The notes beneath the pieces are model-generated. The model saw nothing but the letters and a program-made list of their open reading frames with translations. It did no database searches and was not told the DNA's origin. A DNA stretch of 61,219 nucleotides, from the NCBI GenBank assembly GCA_023128415.1, contig JAGMEA010000019.1:1-61219 (forward strand). Reading direction: 5' to 3'. Both the position numbers and the translations under genes were made by a program. Below, in pieces: positions 20,714 to 30,701 of the stretch (position 1 is the first letter of the stretch; the number at the start of each line of letters is the position of its first letter). The stretch comes from Candidatus Babeliales bacterium. Lineage in GTDB: Bacteria > Babelota > Babeliae > Babelales > UBA12411.

Positions 20714-20962
20714 TTACTTTTCGTCCTCGTCATCATCTGTTAAAACATTACCCAATATGCCGCCACCAACTGCACCAGCTGTTCCACCAATTATAGCGCC
20801 AGTTCCGCCACCTGCAGCAGCTCCAATTCCTGCACCAGCTGCTCCACCTAAAACGGCTCCTGCTGCTGTACCCTTTTCCTTTTTAGTGCAACCAACTATC
20901 ACAAGTGATGCACCAAACAATAATGCTAAAACTACAACTTTGGTTATATTTTTTGAAGGCAT
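20714..20962 (-). CDS. glycine-zipper lipoprotein
   Basis: Lipobox LVIVGC followed by GAVLGGAAGAGIGAAAGGGTGAIIGGTAGAVGGGILG and an acidic tail. The start is set at MPSKN. Confidence 0.65.
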   Translation of the reverse strand: MPSKNITKVVVLALLFGASLVIVGCTKKEKGTAAGAVLGGAAGAGIGAAAGGGTGAIIGGTAGAVGGGILGNVLTDDDEDEK

Positions 20963-21027
20963 TATTCCTCTCCTCTCTAAGAATGTTATTACTGTACTAG
21001 TCAATTCAAAAAAGTTTTTTAATTATA

Positions 21028-21768
21028 TTAAATTTCTTCTACCTCTACTTTACTTATCCAACCAATACCACCATCAAATTTAATTTTATAGTAGCCGTTC
21101 AATTCCTTACTGATAACAACTTCTAAAACTTCTGGAAGCTCTCCCAATACAGAAAAACGATTGTCTGGACCTGACAAAAGTTGAGCCTGGGGCTTAACTA
21201 CAACACCATATCGTCTAAACTCTAAACTATATCTTATAGCCAGAAGTGTACCAAAAATAGCAATAAGTAAAAATAACAAAATAATTAAAATCTTATGTTT
21301 ATTTCTATAAAGAAATTTCAAATATACAAATAAAAATAACCATAATGCTAAAAATAGAATCTGCAACACTGAAAGCGGTACGGAAATAAGGTACGAAAAA
21401 ACTTCATTTTTAAATTTTGCAAGAAAAGTTGTAAGTCTGTCAGTATACGATCTAGGCAAAACTTTTTGCTCCACAGTGGAAATATTATGTCTCAAATCAC
21501 TCTTATTCCAAATACCCCAATGTTTTTCTGCCTTTTTCCAATAAGCTAACGCTAAACCATATTTTTTTTGTTTATATGCACAATTTCCTAGATTGTAATT
21601 AATAATTCCACTCTTTTTAGGAATGCTATTGTACAAATTAAAAGCTTCCTCAACCTTGCCTTCTTTATAATACTCATTAGCTTGTAAAAAGCGTTCTTGA
21701 TAATTAACTGCCGTTAAATTTAAAGAAGAAAACAAAAATAATAAAAATAAAACTTTCATGAATATCAC
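21028..21768 (-). CDS. batE: BatE-like protein (TPR, transmembrane segments, C-terminal SH3)
   Basis: TPR-like N-terminus, two TM helices, SH3b-like C-terminus (YYKIKFDGGIGWISKVEVEEI). It is last in the batABCDE order. Confidence 0.65.
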   Translation of the reverse strand: MIFMKVLFLLFLFSSLNLTAVNYQERFLQANEYYKEGKVEEAFNLYNSIPKKSGIINYNLGNCAYKQKKYGLALAYWKKAEKHWGIWNKSDLRHNISTVEQKVLPRSYTDRLTTFLAKFKNEVFSYLISVPLSVLQILFLALWLFLFVYLKFLYRNKHKILIILLFLLIAIFGTLLAIRYSLEFRRYGVVVKPQAQLLSGPDNRFSVLGELPEVLEVVISKELNGYYKIKFDGGIGWISKVEVEEI

Positions 21769-23516
21769 TTTTCTTTTTTAAATTCTTTTTTGTTTATTAG
21801 ATTAACCCATTTTAAAGTTTCTACAAATAGGCTGCCTTTATCAACTTTTTCTTTTTCAACAGTAGAAAAGGAAAATCCCGCAATTCTGTGAAAATAATCT
21901 AAAAATTCCTCAATTTTTTCAAATGGCCAATCTCGATTCAATAAAAGGTCTCTAATCCAATCTTCACTAACAATACTTTCAGAAACTGAAAATTTATCGG
22001 CAAAAAAGGCTAACCAAAATGAATATAACTTTTTAACCTCACCACCAGTCTGCAATGTTTTCAATCTATTTTTTGCCGCAAATAAAGCCTCATGAGGCCA
22101 AATCAAGGAAGAGATTTTTTGCCTTAAAAATGAGTACGTCATACCTAAACTCCTGCTAGCAAAAACAACAGCAGGCAACAAAATCAAAAATAAAAACACC
22201 CAAAAATTTAATCTATTATCTCTTTCTGTAAAAAGACGGCCGTCCTCTTCAATTGAACGAATATCATTTTTTAATTTAGGATTAGAAATTTCAACTGAAC
22301 CAGTTCCAGTTGTTTTAAGCTCGTTAAATGCAACAACTTTTTCTCCCTTGATATCTAAATCTATAGGCTTACTGGTTAAAGTTTGAATCTCTCTTGACGT
22401 AGTATTAAAATATGTAAGCTTTTGTCCTGGGATCTCCCATTTACCCGGTTCATTCACCTGCAAAACATATTCAAAAAACTTTTTTCCATTATCAATATCC
22501 GCTACAACATTAGAGTCATAACACTTAAAGGAATCTGATAGGTTTAACTTAGGAGTTGCAATTTGCTCCAAATTGCCAGTGCCCTCTATTTCAACAGTAA
22601 GCTTTATTGGCTCATTCACTTGAGCTTCTTTCGAATCAACATTGATAGCAAAGTTTTTAATATTGCCAACTGCATCAACTCTTTCATTTAACTTAGGAAG
22701 ATCCTCAACATTAATTGTTAAAGCATTTGAATCAATTTTACATTCCCTAAACTGTGGTCTAAAAAAATCTGTAAACATATCATCAAAAAAACCTCTCCTT
22801 GTAGAAAGAAGCTCTTTGTATTGGGCCTTAAATGGCTCAATTGTTTTCATGCCAACTTTAATTGGCGTTAAAACAAAAGATTTTTCTATAACATTAAAAG
22901 GAGTCCCATTTAAAACTTCTGCCCCTCTATTAATATTCGCAACCTCTTTTACCATAAAACCAGGTATTTCTGGGGGGGCAAGATAAAGATTAGCAATATT
23001 GCCCTTATAATAAAATTTCGCAATAAGTGTTAAAGATTCACCTACAACAACTTTATCTTTATCAGCAATCAGTTTAAAAAAAACACTGTTATTTAAATTC
23101 TGCCTGCTTCTAACATTTTTGGAAGAACTTTTATTCGAAGACGAAACTTTAATCTTCAAATTATTAGAAGCTACTTGTTTCCCGTCAATTTTGACAGTAG
23201 CTGGACCTATTTCATACTCACCTTCTTTATCAGCTTGTAACTTATAAAGATAAGTGGTCTCAGAGGATATATTACCATTAATAAGAGTAACTTTTTTTGA
23301 AGAGCTTCTACCCACAATGTCAAACTTATTAATTCCCAAAAGCTTTAAATCTTCTGCTGATTGATTTGATGAAGATATAATTGCTTTAACCTGAAAGGTA
23401 TCGTCGATATTGATTTCTGTGTTGCTTAGTTCCAAGCGAACTTCAGCACAATTTAAATATGTAAAAAATAATAAGAAAAAAAATAATAAACGTTTCACTT
23501 TAGCCCCCATCACCAA
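21765..23516 (-). CDS. batD: BatD-like oxygen-tolerance protein
   Basis: 583 aa, signal peptide, repeated beta-rich modules, TM helix near residue 440. It lies between the TPR BatC and BatE with 4-7 nt overlaps. Confidence 0.7.
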   Translation of the reverse strand: MVMGAKVKRLLFFFLLFFTYLNCAEVRLELSNTEINIDDTFQVKAIISSSNQSAEDLKLLGINKFDIVGRSSSKKVTLINGNISSETTYLYKLQADKEGEYEIGPATVKIDGKQVASNNLKIKVSSSNKSSSKNVRSRQNLNNSVFFKLIADKDKVVVGESLTLIAKFYYKGNIANLYLAPPEIPGFMVKEVANINRGAEVLNGTPFNVIEKSFVLTPIKVGMKTIEPFKAQYKELLSTRRGFFDDMFTDFFRPQFRECKIDSNALTINVEDLPKLNERVDAVGNIKNFAINVDSKEAQVNEPIKLTVEIEGTGNLEQIATPKLNLSDSFKCYDSNVVADIDNGKKFFEYVLQVNEPGKWEIPGQKLTYFNTTSREIQTLTSKPIDLDIKGEKVVAFNELKTTGTGSVEISNPKLKNDIRSIEEDGRLFTERDNRLNFWVFLFLILLPAVVFASRSLGMTYSFLRQKISSLIWPHEALFAAKNRLKTLQTGGEVKKLYSFWLAFFADKFSVSESIVSEDWIRDLLLNRDWPFEKIEEFLDYFHRIAGFSFSTVEKEKVDKGSLFVETLKWVNLINKKEFKKEK

Positions 23517-24529
23517 TTTTTCTGACCTGGCACATAATTATTCATCTTACCTGCAACACCTTGTTTTATTAAAGCTTTTTGTATCTTTTGTTCATCGGCT
23601 TGTAAGTTGTCTAATAATGCACCCATCGCTCTTAGCTCTCGATTATCCATCTTTGCTTCCGACATAGAAGGCTGCTGCTCTTTCCCACTTTTTTGTGACG
23701 CTTCCTCTAGGGCTTCTTTTTCTTTTGATTTATCCCCACCATTTTTATTTTCTTCTTTTTGCTCTTCACATTCTTTCTGATCTAACTTTTCCTCATCCCT
23801 TTTTTGCTTTCCGTCTTTATCATTCTCATTCTTTTGTTGATCATTTTTGTCTTTATTCTCATTACCATTTTGTTTTTCTTCGTTCTGCTTGCTCTCGTTC
23901 TTTTCTGATTCTTTCTTATTGTTGCAGCCACAATCCTTATCTTGCTTGTTTTCTTCCTCTTTTTCCTTTTTATCTTTCTTATCCTGACCTTCTTGTTGCT
24001 TTTTTTCGTCTTGGTTTTGCTGATTCTGCTGCTGTTGTTTTTTTTCTAGTTCTTTCAATAATTCTTCTGCATGCTTTTTATTAACCTGAGCAGGCTTATC
24101 GGAAGGATCAAGCATTAAAACTTCTTTATATTTTTCTATAGAAACCTTTACTTCTTTCATGGAAGCATCCAACACTTTATCTTCTAATTTTTGATTTTTC
24201 CAATTTTTTCCAAGCATAGATAATGTATTTTTATAAAAAGTGTTGCCATTATTAAAAATCGTTTTTGATTTTAATTTAGGATCAGAACTATTTAAAGCTC
24301 TATCAAAATTTAGCTTTGCCTCTTCAAACTTGTTTTGCTTATATTGTGTAACTCCTAAGTCGTAATTGATAATGGCATCATCAGGCACCTCAACTTGTAA
24401 GGCTTTTAACAAATCTTCGGTCTTCTTATAATCTTTATTTCGAAAAGCACCATTAGCCTCTCTTAGTGAACCAAATAAAGAAGAGGACAATAAAAATAAA
24501 AACAAAATAAGTTTTATCATAAAAGCCAC
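23510..24529 (-). CDS. batC: BatC-like TPR protein with a long K/E/Q/N-rich low-complexity tail
   Basis: TPR repeats (NYDLGVTQYKQNKFEEAKLNFDRAL), then about 150 aa of QQQNQQNQDEKKQQEGQDKKDKKEKEEENK-type sequence. Confidence 0.6.
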   Translation of the reverse strand: MAFMIKLILFLFLLSSSLFGSLREANGAFRNKDYKKTEDLLKALQVEVPDDAIINYDLGVTQYKQNKFEEAKLNFDRALNSSDPKLKSKTIFNNGNTFYKNTLSMLGKNWKNQKLEDKVLDASMKEVKVSIEKYKEVLMLDPSDKPAQVNKKHAEELLKELEKKQQQQNQQNQDEKKQQEGQDKKDKKEKEEENKQDKDCGCNNKKESEKNESKQNEEKQNGNENKDKNDQQKNENDKDGKQKRDEEKLDQKECEEQKEENKNGGDKSKEKEALEEASQKSGKEQQPSMSEAKMDNRELRAMGALLDNLQADEQKIQKALIKQGVAGKMNNYVPGQKNW

Positions 24530-25530
24530 TCAATCAATAGAAATAACCAAGCTGCAGCCAAAAACCATGGGTATCTATCTTCAAATCTGGAAAAAGTTCT
24601 TTCTTCAAATTTTTCTTTTTCAAATTTTTCTATATTTTTAACAAGCATTATTAAATCTGAATCATCGTAAGACGCCTTAAAATACGCTCCTCCAAGATTA
24701 TTACAAATACCCTGCAATAATTTTTCGTTTAATTTAGACAAAATTGGCTTATTATTTTCATCTTTTTCATGGCCAACTTGCTTTCCATGCTGGTCCAAAA
24801 TAGGAACCGGTGCTCCCCCAACACTACCAATACCCAAAGCAAAAAGACTAATGCCCAAGCTAGATGATTTTGTTTTTACTACTTCAAAACTATTAGAAAA
24901 ATCTTCTCCATCAGTTAAAAATAAAACTAATTTGTTTTTTCTTTGTTTTTGCTTTGAAAATACTTCTACCGCCCTAGAAAAAGCTTTGTCGAAAGCTGTT
25001 GTCCCAGAAGAAATTGATTCTGCATCTACTTGATTCAAAAACATTTTGAACGCAGAATAGTCAGCCGTAAGAGGACAAGAAATAAATGCTGAGCCTGAAA
25101 ACAGTATTAGTCCCACGCGCTCAAAAGACAATTTTTCTAAAAGATTTCTAATTTTTGATTTTGCAAACTCTAAACGATTTGGTTTAAAATCTTTTGCTAA
25201 CATGCTCCTAGATACATCAAGAACAATTAATAAATCCCGGCCTTCTTGAACAATATGTTGATCCTTTTTGCCCCACTGAGGCCTAAGAAGAGCAATAAAA
25301 AGCACCCCTAGAGACAAAAGCTTTAAAAATAATTTTAGACGTTGGTTTCTTAATGAAAACCCAGGAAAGACTTTAGAACTTTGCTTCGCTGAAACCAAAG
25401 TAAAATAGGTTTTCTTAAGACGATAAAAATTCTTAATAAATAAGATTCCCAAGAATAAAAAGACAGGAAATAGAAAAATCCTGTCTAAATTAGCAAAATA
25501 AATGCCATCTATCATATGATCCCACGCCAC
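24517..25530 (-). CDS. batB: BatB-like von Willebrand factor A domain membrane protein
   Basis: N-terminal TM helices and a VWA MIDAS motif (LVLDVSRSM). Confidence 0.75.
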   Translation of the reverse strand: MAWDHMIDGIYFANLDRIFLFPVFLFLGILFIKNFYRLKKTYFTLVSAKQSSKVFPGFSLRNQRLKLFLKLLSLGVLFIALLRPQWGKKDQHIVQEGRDLLIVLDVSRSMLAKDFKPNRLEFAKSKIRNLLEKLSFERVGLILFSGSAFISCPLTADYSAFKMFLNQVDAESISSGTTAFDKAFSRAVEVFSKQKQRKNKLVLFLTDGEDFSNSFEVVKTKSSSLGISLFALGIGSVGGAPVPILDQHGKQVGHEKDENNKPILSKLNEKLLQGICNNLGGAYFKASYDDSDLIMLVKNIEKFEKEKFEERTFSRFEDRYPWFLAAAWLFLLIEWLL

Positions 25531-26501
25531 TTAAATAATATTAAAAAAATTTCTAAGGCAAATATAAAAAGCATTAGCCAGAAGAAATTTTCATAAGCTT
25601 CATGATAATTATGAAAAATATTTGTTTCTAAATTAGTTTTTTCAAGTTTATCGATAGTATTATAAATATTTCTCATCTCACCAGGATTATTAGCCCTAAA
25701 AGCCTTTCCCCCTGTCTCATTCGCAATTTTTTCTAAAATTCTCATATCTAGAGAGGCACCAGCCTGCAAAACTCTCCCTAGCGGATCCATTCCATAACCG
25801 CCAGCTTTTCCACCGACACCTATTGTATAAACCTTTATTCCAAATTTTTTGGCCAATTCTATCGCAACTTCAAACGAAATGCTGTCCGGAGAAGGAATTC
25901 CATCAGTTAATAAAATAACAATTTTGCTTTTTGCCCTAGAATTACGTAACCGATTTACCGCCGTTGCTAATCCTTTTCCTAATAGCGTAGCATTCGGATT
26001 TAAAAAGCCTATGTGCAATTCATTAACAATGTTTTTTAAAATATGTTTATCTAAAGTCAAAGGACACCTAGAAATAACATCTCCTCCAAACAAAACTATT
26101 CCTATAGGATCATTTGTTCTTTTATCTATAAATTTAATGGCCTCTGATTTTGCTACCTCTATTCGAGAACGACGGTCCTGTAAATCATCAAATAACTCCA
26201 TACTTCCAGAAACATCTAAAGCTAAAACAATATCTACTCCGTCAACATTGAGTATAGAATTTGAATCTACCCATTGCGGCCTAGCAATAAGAAATATAAG
26301 CCCAAATAAAAAAGAAGAACGAAGAACAAACAACACTTTTTTATGAAATGAACTTTTAGAAAACTTTGACTTGCTCAAAATAGAGGTTAATGGAAATTTA
26401 TATATTGGTGTTTTATAAAATTTTAAACGATATAAAATAGCCAATAAAAAAATCGGCACTAAAAAATAAAATATTTGGTAATAAGCAAAACGCAGAAACA
26501 T
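25512..26501 (-). CDS. batA: BatA-like von Willebrand factor A domain membrane protein
   Basis: TM helices, MIDAS LALDVSGSM, LLTDG, and a C-terminal TM. Confidence 0.75.
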   Translation of the reverse strand: MFLRFAYYQIFYFLVPIFLLAILYRLKFYKTPIYKFPLTSILSKSKFSKSSFHKKVLFVLRSSFLFGLIFLIARPQWVDSNSILNVDGVDIVLALDVSGSMELFDDLQDRRSRIEVAKSEAIKFIDKRTNDPIGIVLFGGDVISRCPLTLDKHILKNIVNELHIGFLNPNATLLGKGLATAVNRLRNSRAKSKIVILLTDGIPSPDSISFEVAIELAKKFGIKVYTIGVGGKAGGYGMDPLGRVLQAGASLDMRILEKIANETGGKAFRANNPGEMRNIYNTIDKLEKTNLETNIFHNYHEAYENFFWLMLFIFALEIFLILFKWRGII

Positions 26502-26590
26502 GTATATCCTTGCTACTAATTATAGGCGTAATTGTAGCAAAAATCATCAACTAAACAAACTGGAAGGCAAATAACTTTTCAGTAAAACCT

Positions 26591-27316
26591 TTATTCTAAG
26601 TGCTTTTCATACCAATCAGAGACAAAATTCCGCTGTTCCTCTAATGTTTTATCATTATCAAAAAGAACTGGTTCTCCTATATAAACATCAACTGGAACAT
26701 TAGAATTGATAATGCAACTCTTTTTGGGCAATACTTTATCAAGACCTTTAATAACAATCGGAATTATCGGCCTATTTAGTTTTTTAGATAAAATTAAAAA
26801 ACCTTCCTTTAATGGCAAAAGTTTGCCATCTTCCGATCTTTGTCCTTCTGGAAATAGTAAAATATGAAGATCTTTATCTTTTGAAATTTTATAAAGTTTT
26901 ATAAATGCTTTAAAAGACTGCTCTGTAGAATTTTTATCAATAAGAACATTCATTCTATTTAATAGCCAACCAAAAATTGGAATTTTTCCATAACTAACTT
27001 TAGAAATCCAAATGTGCGGATATGACCCCACTAAGCTTTCAAGAACAGGTATATCTAACGCAGACAAGTGGTTAGCTATAAAAATGGCTGGATTGTTTGG
27101 ATATTTAGGAAGATTATTTTTACCGTTTACAGTTATAGAAATAAAGGTCGACTTTAATAAAAGATTCTGCCAGACACTGATAATTTTAAAGTAAAATTTA
27201 TTTGTATAGCGCTTTTTGCCAGACATAAAAGAAATCAAAAGACCCAATATAGAAACTATTAACCCAGATAAAAGCCAAATGATCCAAGTTAAAAAAGATT
27301 TTAATATATTTTTCAC
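26591..27316 (-). CDS. plsC: 1-acyl-sn-glycerol-3-phosphate acyltransferase
   Basis: NHLSALD (HX4D) and FPEGQRS motifs. N-terminal TM helix. Confidence 0.8.
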   Translation of the reverse strand: MKNILKSFLTWIIWLLSGLIVSILGLLISFMSGKKRYTNKFYFKIISVWQNLLLKSTFISITVNGKNNLPKYPNNPAIFIANHLSALDIPVLESLVGSYPHIWISKVSYGKIPIFGWLLNRMNVLIDKNSTEQSFKAFIKLYKISKDKDLHILLFPEGQRSEDGKLLPLKEGFLILSKKLNRPIIPIVIKGLDKVLPKKSCIINSNVPVDVYIGEPVLFDNDKTLEEQRNFVSDWYEKHLE

Positions 27317-27324
27317 TATTACTT

Positions 27325-28110
27325 TTAAGAAAATAATTTGTAATGCGAGTGCTTAACTTTTGAATAATAGTTAACTAAATAGCTACTCATTATTGTACTA
27401 ACTATCAGAAAAAATGACGGGAGAATAAATATTAAAAACCCTATTACTTGCCAGCTTTTTAGGCCAAATAGAAAAATCATAGTTCCGAAAATAAGCCCGA
27501 AACTTAAGCCTGCAATACCCGCCACAAGAAAAAGTAAAATGTTGATTATTAAAAAAAATGGTAAAAAATAAAGAACAAGTTTTGCTCCCTTCTTAACAGA
27601 AACAAAAATATCCTTAAATCTTCCCTCTGAATCCAAATAGAATAAAAGCATGGGAATCAAAAAAAATGTTGCCCACTTGAATAAAACTACAAATAAAATA
27701 GAAATAAGAAAAAAGCCTAAAAAATACCTAAAGCTGCCTAGAAAATAATAAATATCTTTCCGCTCTAAAGATGGTCTTAATGCCAATAACGATAAAAAAT
27801 GCAAAAGACCAAAAATGATATAAGAAACAAAAATAAAAAATAAAAAGGATCTTGGTTTTGTTAATAAAGACTGTTGAGAAATTAAAAGGTTTATATCTAT
27901 CTTAAATAGATATAAACATAAGGTTGTTATTGAAGGAATAACAATAAATAAAAGCCACCAAAAACTGACTAATAAACTTTTTATAGCAGAAAAACTAGCT
28001 TTAAAAGATAGTAAAAATAATATTTTTAGATCAGCCCACTTAAATTGAGCTAAAGATTCCCTCCATGTAGAGCCAATACCCTCAAACATATAGATCTCCT
28101 GCTTTTCCAT
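27325..28110 (-). CDS. multi-pass membrane protein, unknown function
   Basis: 261 aa with at least 6 hydrophobic helices. No recognised catalytic motif. Confidence 0.5.
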   Translation of the reverse strand: MEKQEIYMFEGIGSTWRESLAQFKWADLKILFLLSFKASFSAIKSLLVSFWWLLFIVIPSITTLCLYLFKIDINLLISQQSLLTKPRSFLFFIFVSYIIFGLLHFLSLLALRPSLERKDIYYFLGSFRYFLGFFLISILFVVLFKWATFFLIPMLLFYLDSEGRFKDIFVSVKKGAKLVLYFLPFFLIINILLFLVAGIAGLSFGLIFGTMIFLFGLKSWQVIGFLIFILPSFFLIVSTIMSSYLVNYYSKVKHSHYKLFS

Positions 28111-28408
28111 TAATGTTGATAATTATGCCCCTAATTGTAGCCATTTTTTAAAAATTGAAAAACGGTGCTTCCTCTCTCGAGGGGATATATTCGAGTATTC
28201 TATGCCTATTTTTCTGAAAAATCAAAAATCCTAGTATATAATTACTTAATCATATATTTCATTATTAAAATATGATTCTTCTAGCAAACAATAGACCAAT
28301 AAGATATCACAAAATTTGACACACCAGAAAAATTACGCTTATCCTTAATAAATAAGTCTGACAAATAAGATTATATTTAATTAAATAAAAAGTTGAGTTT
28401 ATAAAATC

Positions 28409-30673
28409 ATGCCTAAGACTGATAAACATCTTCTTATTGTAGAGTCACCCGCAAAAATCAAAACCCTTTCTAAGTTTTTAGGAAAGGATTATAAGATTTT
28501 ATCCACCTTTGGACATATAAAAGATTTACCCCCCAAAAAGCTTGGCGTAGAATTTAATGAAAAGACCGGCAAAATCAAACTGGACTACACTCCTCTCAAG
28601 GATAAAGCCAAAACTATTAAAGAAATAGTCTCTGCAGCAAAACAAACTGGCGATGTCTTTTTAGCATCTGATCCTGATCGTGAAGGAGAAATAATTTCTT
28701 GGCATGTTAAGCAAGAAGTTGAAAAAGTAGTAGATAAATCCAAAATCTACCGTATAACCTTCAACGAAATTACAAAGCCTGCTGTAACAAAAGCTATAGA
28801 AAACAAAGGCAAAGTAGATGTACTTAAAGTTAACGCCCAACAAGCACGTCGTGTACTTGATAGATGGGTAGGTTACGAAGTGTCTCCTATACTTTGGAGA
28901 AAACTACAAAAGGGACTATCTGCTGGTAGAGTACAATCAGTAGCTCTTCTTGTAATATGTAATCGTGAAGAAGAAATTTTAAATTTTAAGCCTGAAGAAT
29001 ACTGGTCCATTCACGGAACATTTAATAAAAACAAGGCAAGCTTAATCGCAGAGCTTGTAAAAATAAATAACAAAGCTTTTAAATTAACCAATAAAGAACA
29101 ATCCGAAAAAACTGTTGCTGATCTAAAAAAACAAAATTATTCAGTTACAGATATTCAAGTAAAAAAGAGAATAAAGAAACCAGTCGCTCCCTTTATGACC
29201 AGTTCTTTACAACAAGCATCCTTCAACCAGCTTCATTTCTCTGTTAAAAAAACAATGGACATAGCACAAAAACTTTATGAAGGTTTGCCTCTTTCAGAAT
29301 CTCATCCAGAAGCTTTAATTACCTACATGCGTACGGATTCGTTAAGGCTTTCAGAAACCGCCTTAAATGATGGTAGAGGATTTATTAAAGAAAACTTTGG
29401 CAATAAATATTTATCTAAAACTGCCAATGTTTATGAAAAATCTAAAAGTCAGGATGCTCACGAAGCAATCAGACCAATTAATGTTAATGTAACTCCAGAG
29501 ATAGCTAATCGTTATCTACCTAAAGATGCCGCAAAACTTTATGGCCTTATTTGGAAGCGTTTTGTTGCCTCACAAATGACCCCAGCGGAATATCAACAAC
29601 GTCAAGTCAATATTGAAGGTGGAAAATATTTATTCCGCATCACTGGATCTACTCTAATATTTGACGGTTTTCTCAAAGTTTATTTGGTAGAAGATGAAGA
29701 TGACAAAAAAACAGTTATAATTCCAAAAGAAATAACAAAATCTACGATCCTAAATCTAAAGGTTGTAGATCCAAAACAACATTTTACTCAACCACCCCCT
29801 CGCTATACAGAAGGTTCTCTTGTAAAAGAGCTAGAAAAACAGGATGTTGGGCGTCCAAGTACCTATCAAACGATTTTATCTACAATTCAAAAACGTGACT
29901 ATACAACAGTTGATAAAAAAAAGTTTATGCCAACAGAACTTGGGATGACTGTTAACAAAATGTTAACAGCTAATCTCTCCGACATAATCAATGTGAAATT
30001 TACCGCAAAAATGGAAGAAGATTTGGATAAAATCGCAAGTGGTGATGTAAAACGGGATGATGTTCTTGTAAAGTTTTATAAAAAATTTAAAAAAGATTTA
30101 AAAACTTTTGCTGGAGCAGAAACAGGTAGAGAACCTGTACTAACAAAATTAAAATGCCCTAAGTGCGGTAAGCCGCTAGCAATACGTTTTGGAAAAGCTG
30201 GAAGATTTTTAGGTTGTACAGAATTCCCAATATGCGAATTTACAGCCAACTTTAAAGAAAAAGAAGATGGAAGTCTCGAGATACTTAAGCCAGAAAAACC
30301 AATGGTTTCTGACATAAAGTGTCCTAATTGTGGTAAAAAACTTATTCAAAAAATGGGTCGCTTTGGTCCGTTCTTAGCTTGTCCTGGATATCCAGAATGC
30401 AAATATATCCATCAAGAAAAATTAAAAACAAAATGCCCCGAGTGTGGTGGAGAAATTGTTAAAAGAAAATCTGCTAGAGGAACTTTTTGGGGTTGCAGTA
30501 ACTATCCTAAATGTAAGTTTGCTATTTTTGGCGAAGTTATAGAAAAACCTTGTCCAAAATGCAAAACACCCTACTTATTAATCACAAAAGACAAAGATGG
30601 AAAAGTTACTTATAAGTGCAACAACAAAGAATGTAACTATAGTGAAGAAGTAAAAGAATCTGCAGAAAGTTAA
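28409..30673 (+). CDS. topA: DNA topoisomerase I with four C-terminal C4 zinc ribbons
   Basis: TOPRIM N-terminus LLIVESPAKIKT, DPDREGE, active-site region ITYMRTDS, and repeated CPxCG...C..C modules. Confidence 0.95.
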   Translation: MPKTDKHLLIVESPAKIKTLSKFLGKDYKILSTFGHIKDLPPKKLGVEFNEKTGKIKLDYTPLKDKAKTIKEIVSAAKQTGDVFLASDPDREGEIISWHVKQEVEKVVDKSKIYRITFNEITKPAVTKAIENKGKVDVLKVNAQQARRVLDRWVGYEVSPILWRKLQKGLSAGRVQSVALLVICNREEEILNFKPEEYWSIHGTFNKNKASLIAELVKINNKAFKLTNKEQSEKTVADLKKQNYSVTDIQVKKRIKKPVAPFMTSSLQQASFNQLHFSVKKTMDIAQKLYEGLPLSESHPEALITYMRTDSLRLSETALNDGRGFIKENFGNKYLSKTANVYEKSKSQDAHEAIRPINVNVTPEIANRYLPKDAAKLYGLIWKRFVASQMTPAEYQQRQVNIEGGKYLFRITGSTLIFDGFLKVYLVEDEDDKKTVIIPKEITKSTILNLKVVDPKQHFTQPPPRYTEGSLVKELEKQDVGRPSTYQTILSTIQKRDYTTVDKKKFMPTELGMTVNKMLTANLSDIINVKFTAKMEEDLDKIASGDVKRDDVLVKFYKKFKKDLKTFAGAETGREPVLTKLKCPKCGKPLAIRFGKAGRFLGCTEFPICEFTANFKEKEDGSLEILKPEKPMVSDIKCPNCGKKLIQKMGRFGPFLACPGYPECKYIHQEKLKTKCPECGGEIVKRKSARGTFWGCSNYPKCKFAIFGEVIEKPCPKCKTPYLLITKDKDGKVTYKCNNKECNYSEEVKESAES

Positions 30674-30695
30674 AAAGGGCCTCGAATGAGGCCCT
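30672..30695 (-). terminator. rho-independent terminator, best on the minus strand after sppA
   Basis: AGGGCCTC-GAAT-GAGGCCCT is an 8-bp GC-rich stem. On the minus strand it is followed by TTTTT. Confidence 0.5.
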
Positions 30696-30701
30696 AAATT
30701 C

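Noticed and set aside
20682-21083. 133-aa plus-strand ORF rich in Ala and Pro
   Set aside because: It is a mirror-frame artefact of the Gly/Ala-rich glycine-zipper gene on the opposite strand. There is no independent start signal.
22972-22978. G7 tract in batD as a second phase-variation site
   Set aside because: The gene is intact and in frame across it (APPEIPG). The tract is short, and nothing suggests switching.
28111-28408. Unusually long AT-rich intergenic region upstream of topA as a possible ncRNA or mobile remnant
   Set aside because: I found only a weak promoter-like TTGACA box, with no repeats, hairpins or conserved motifs. There is nothing to support a call.
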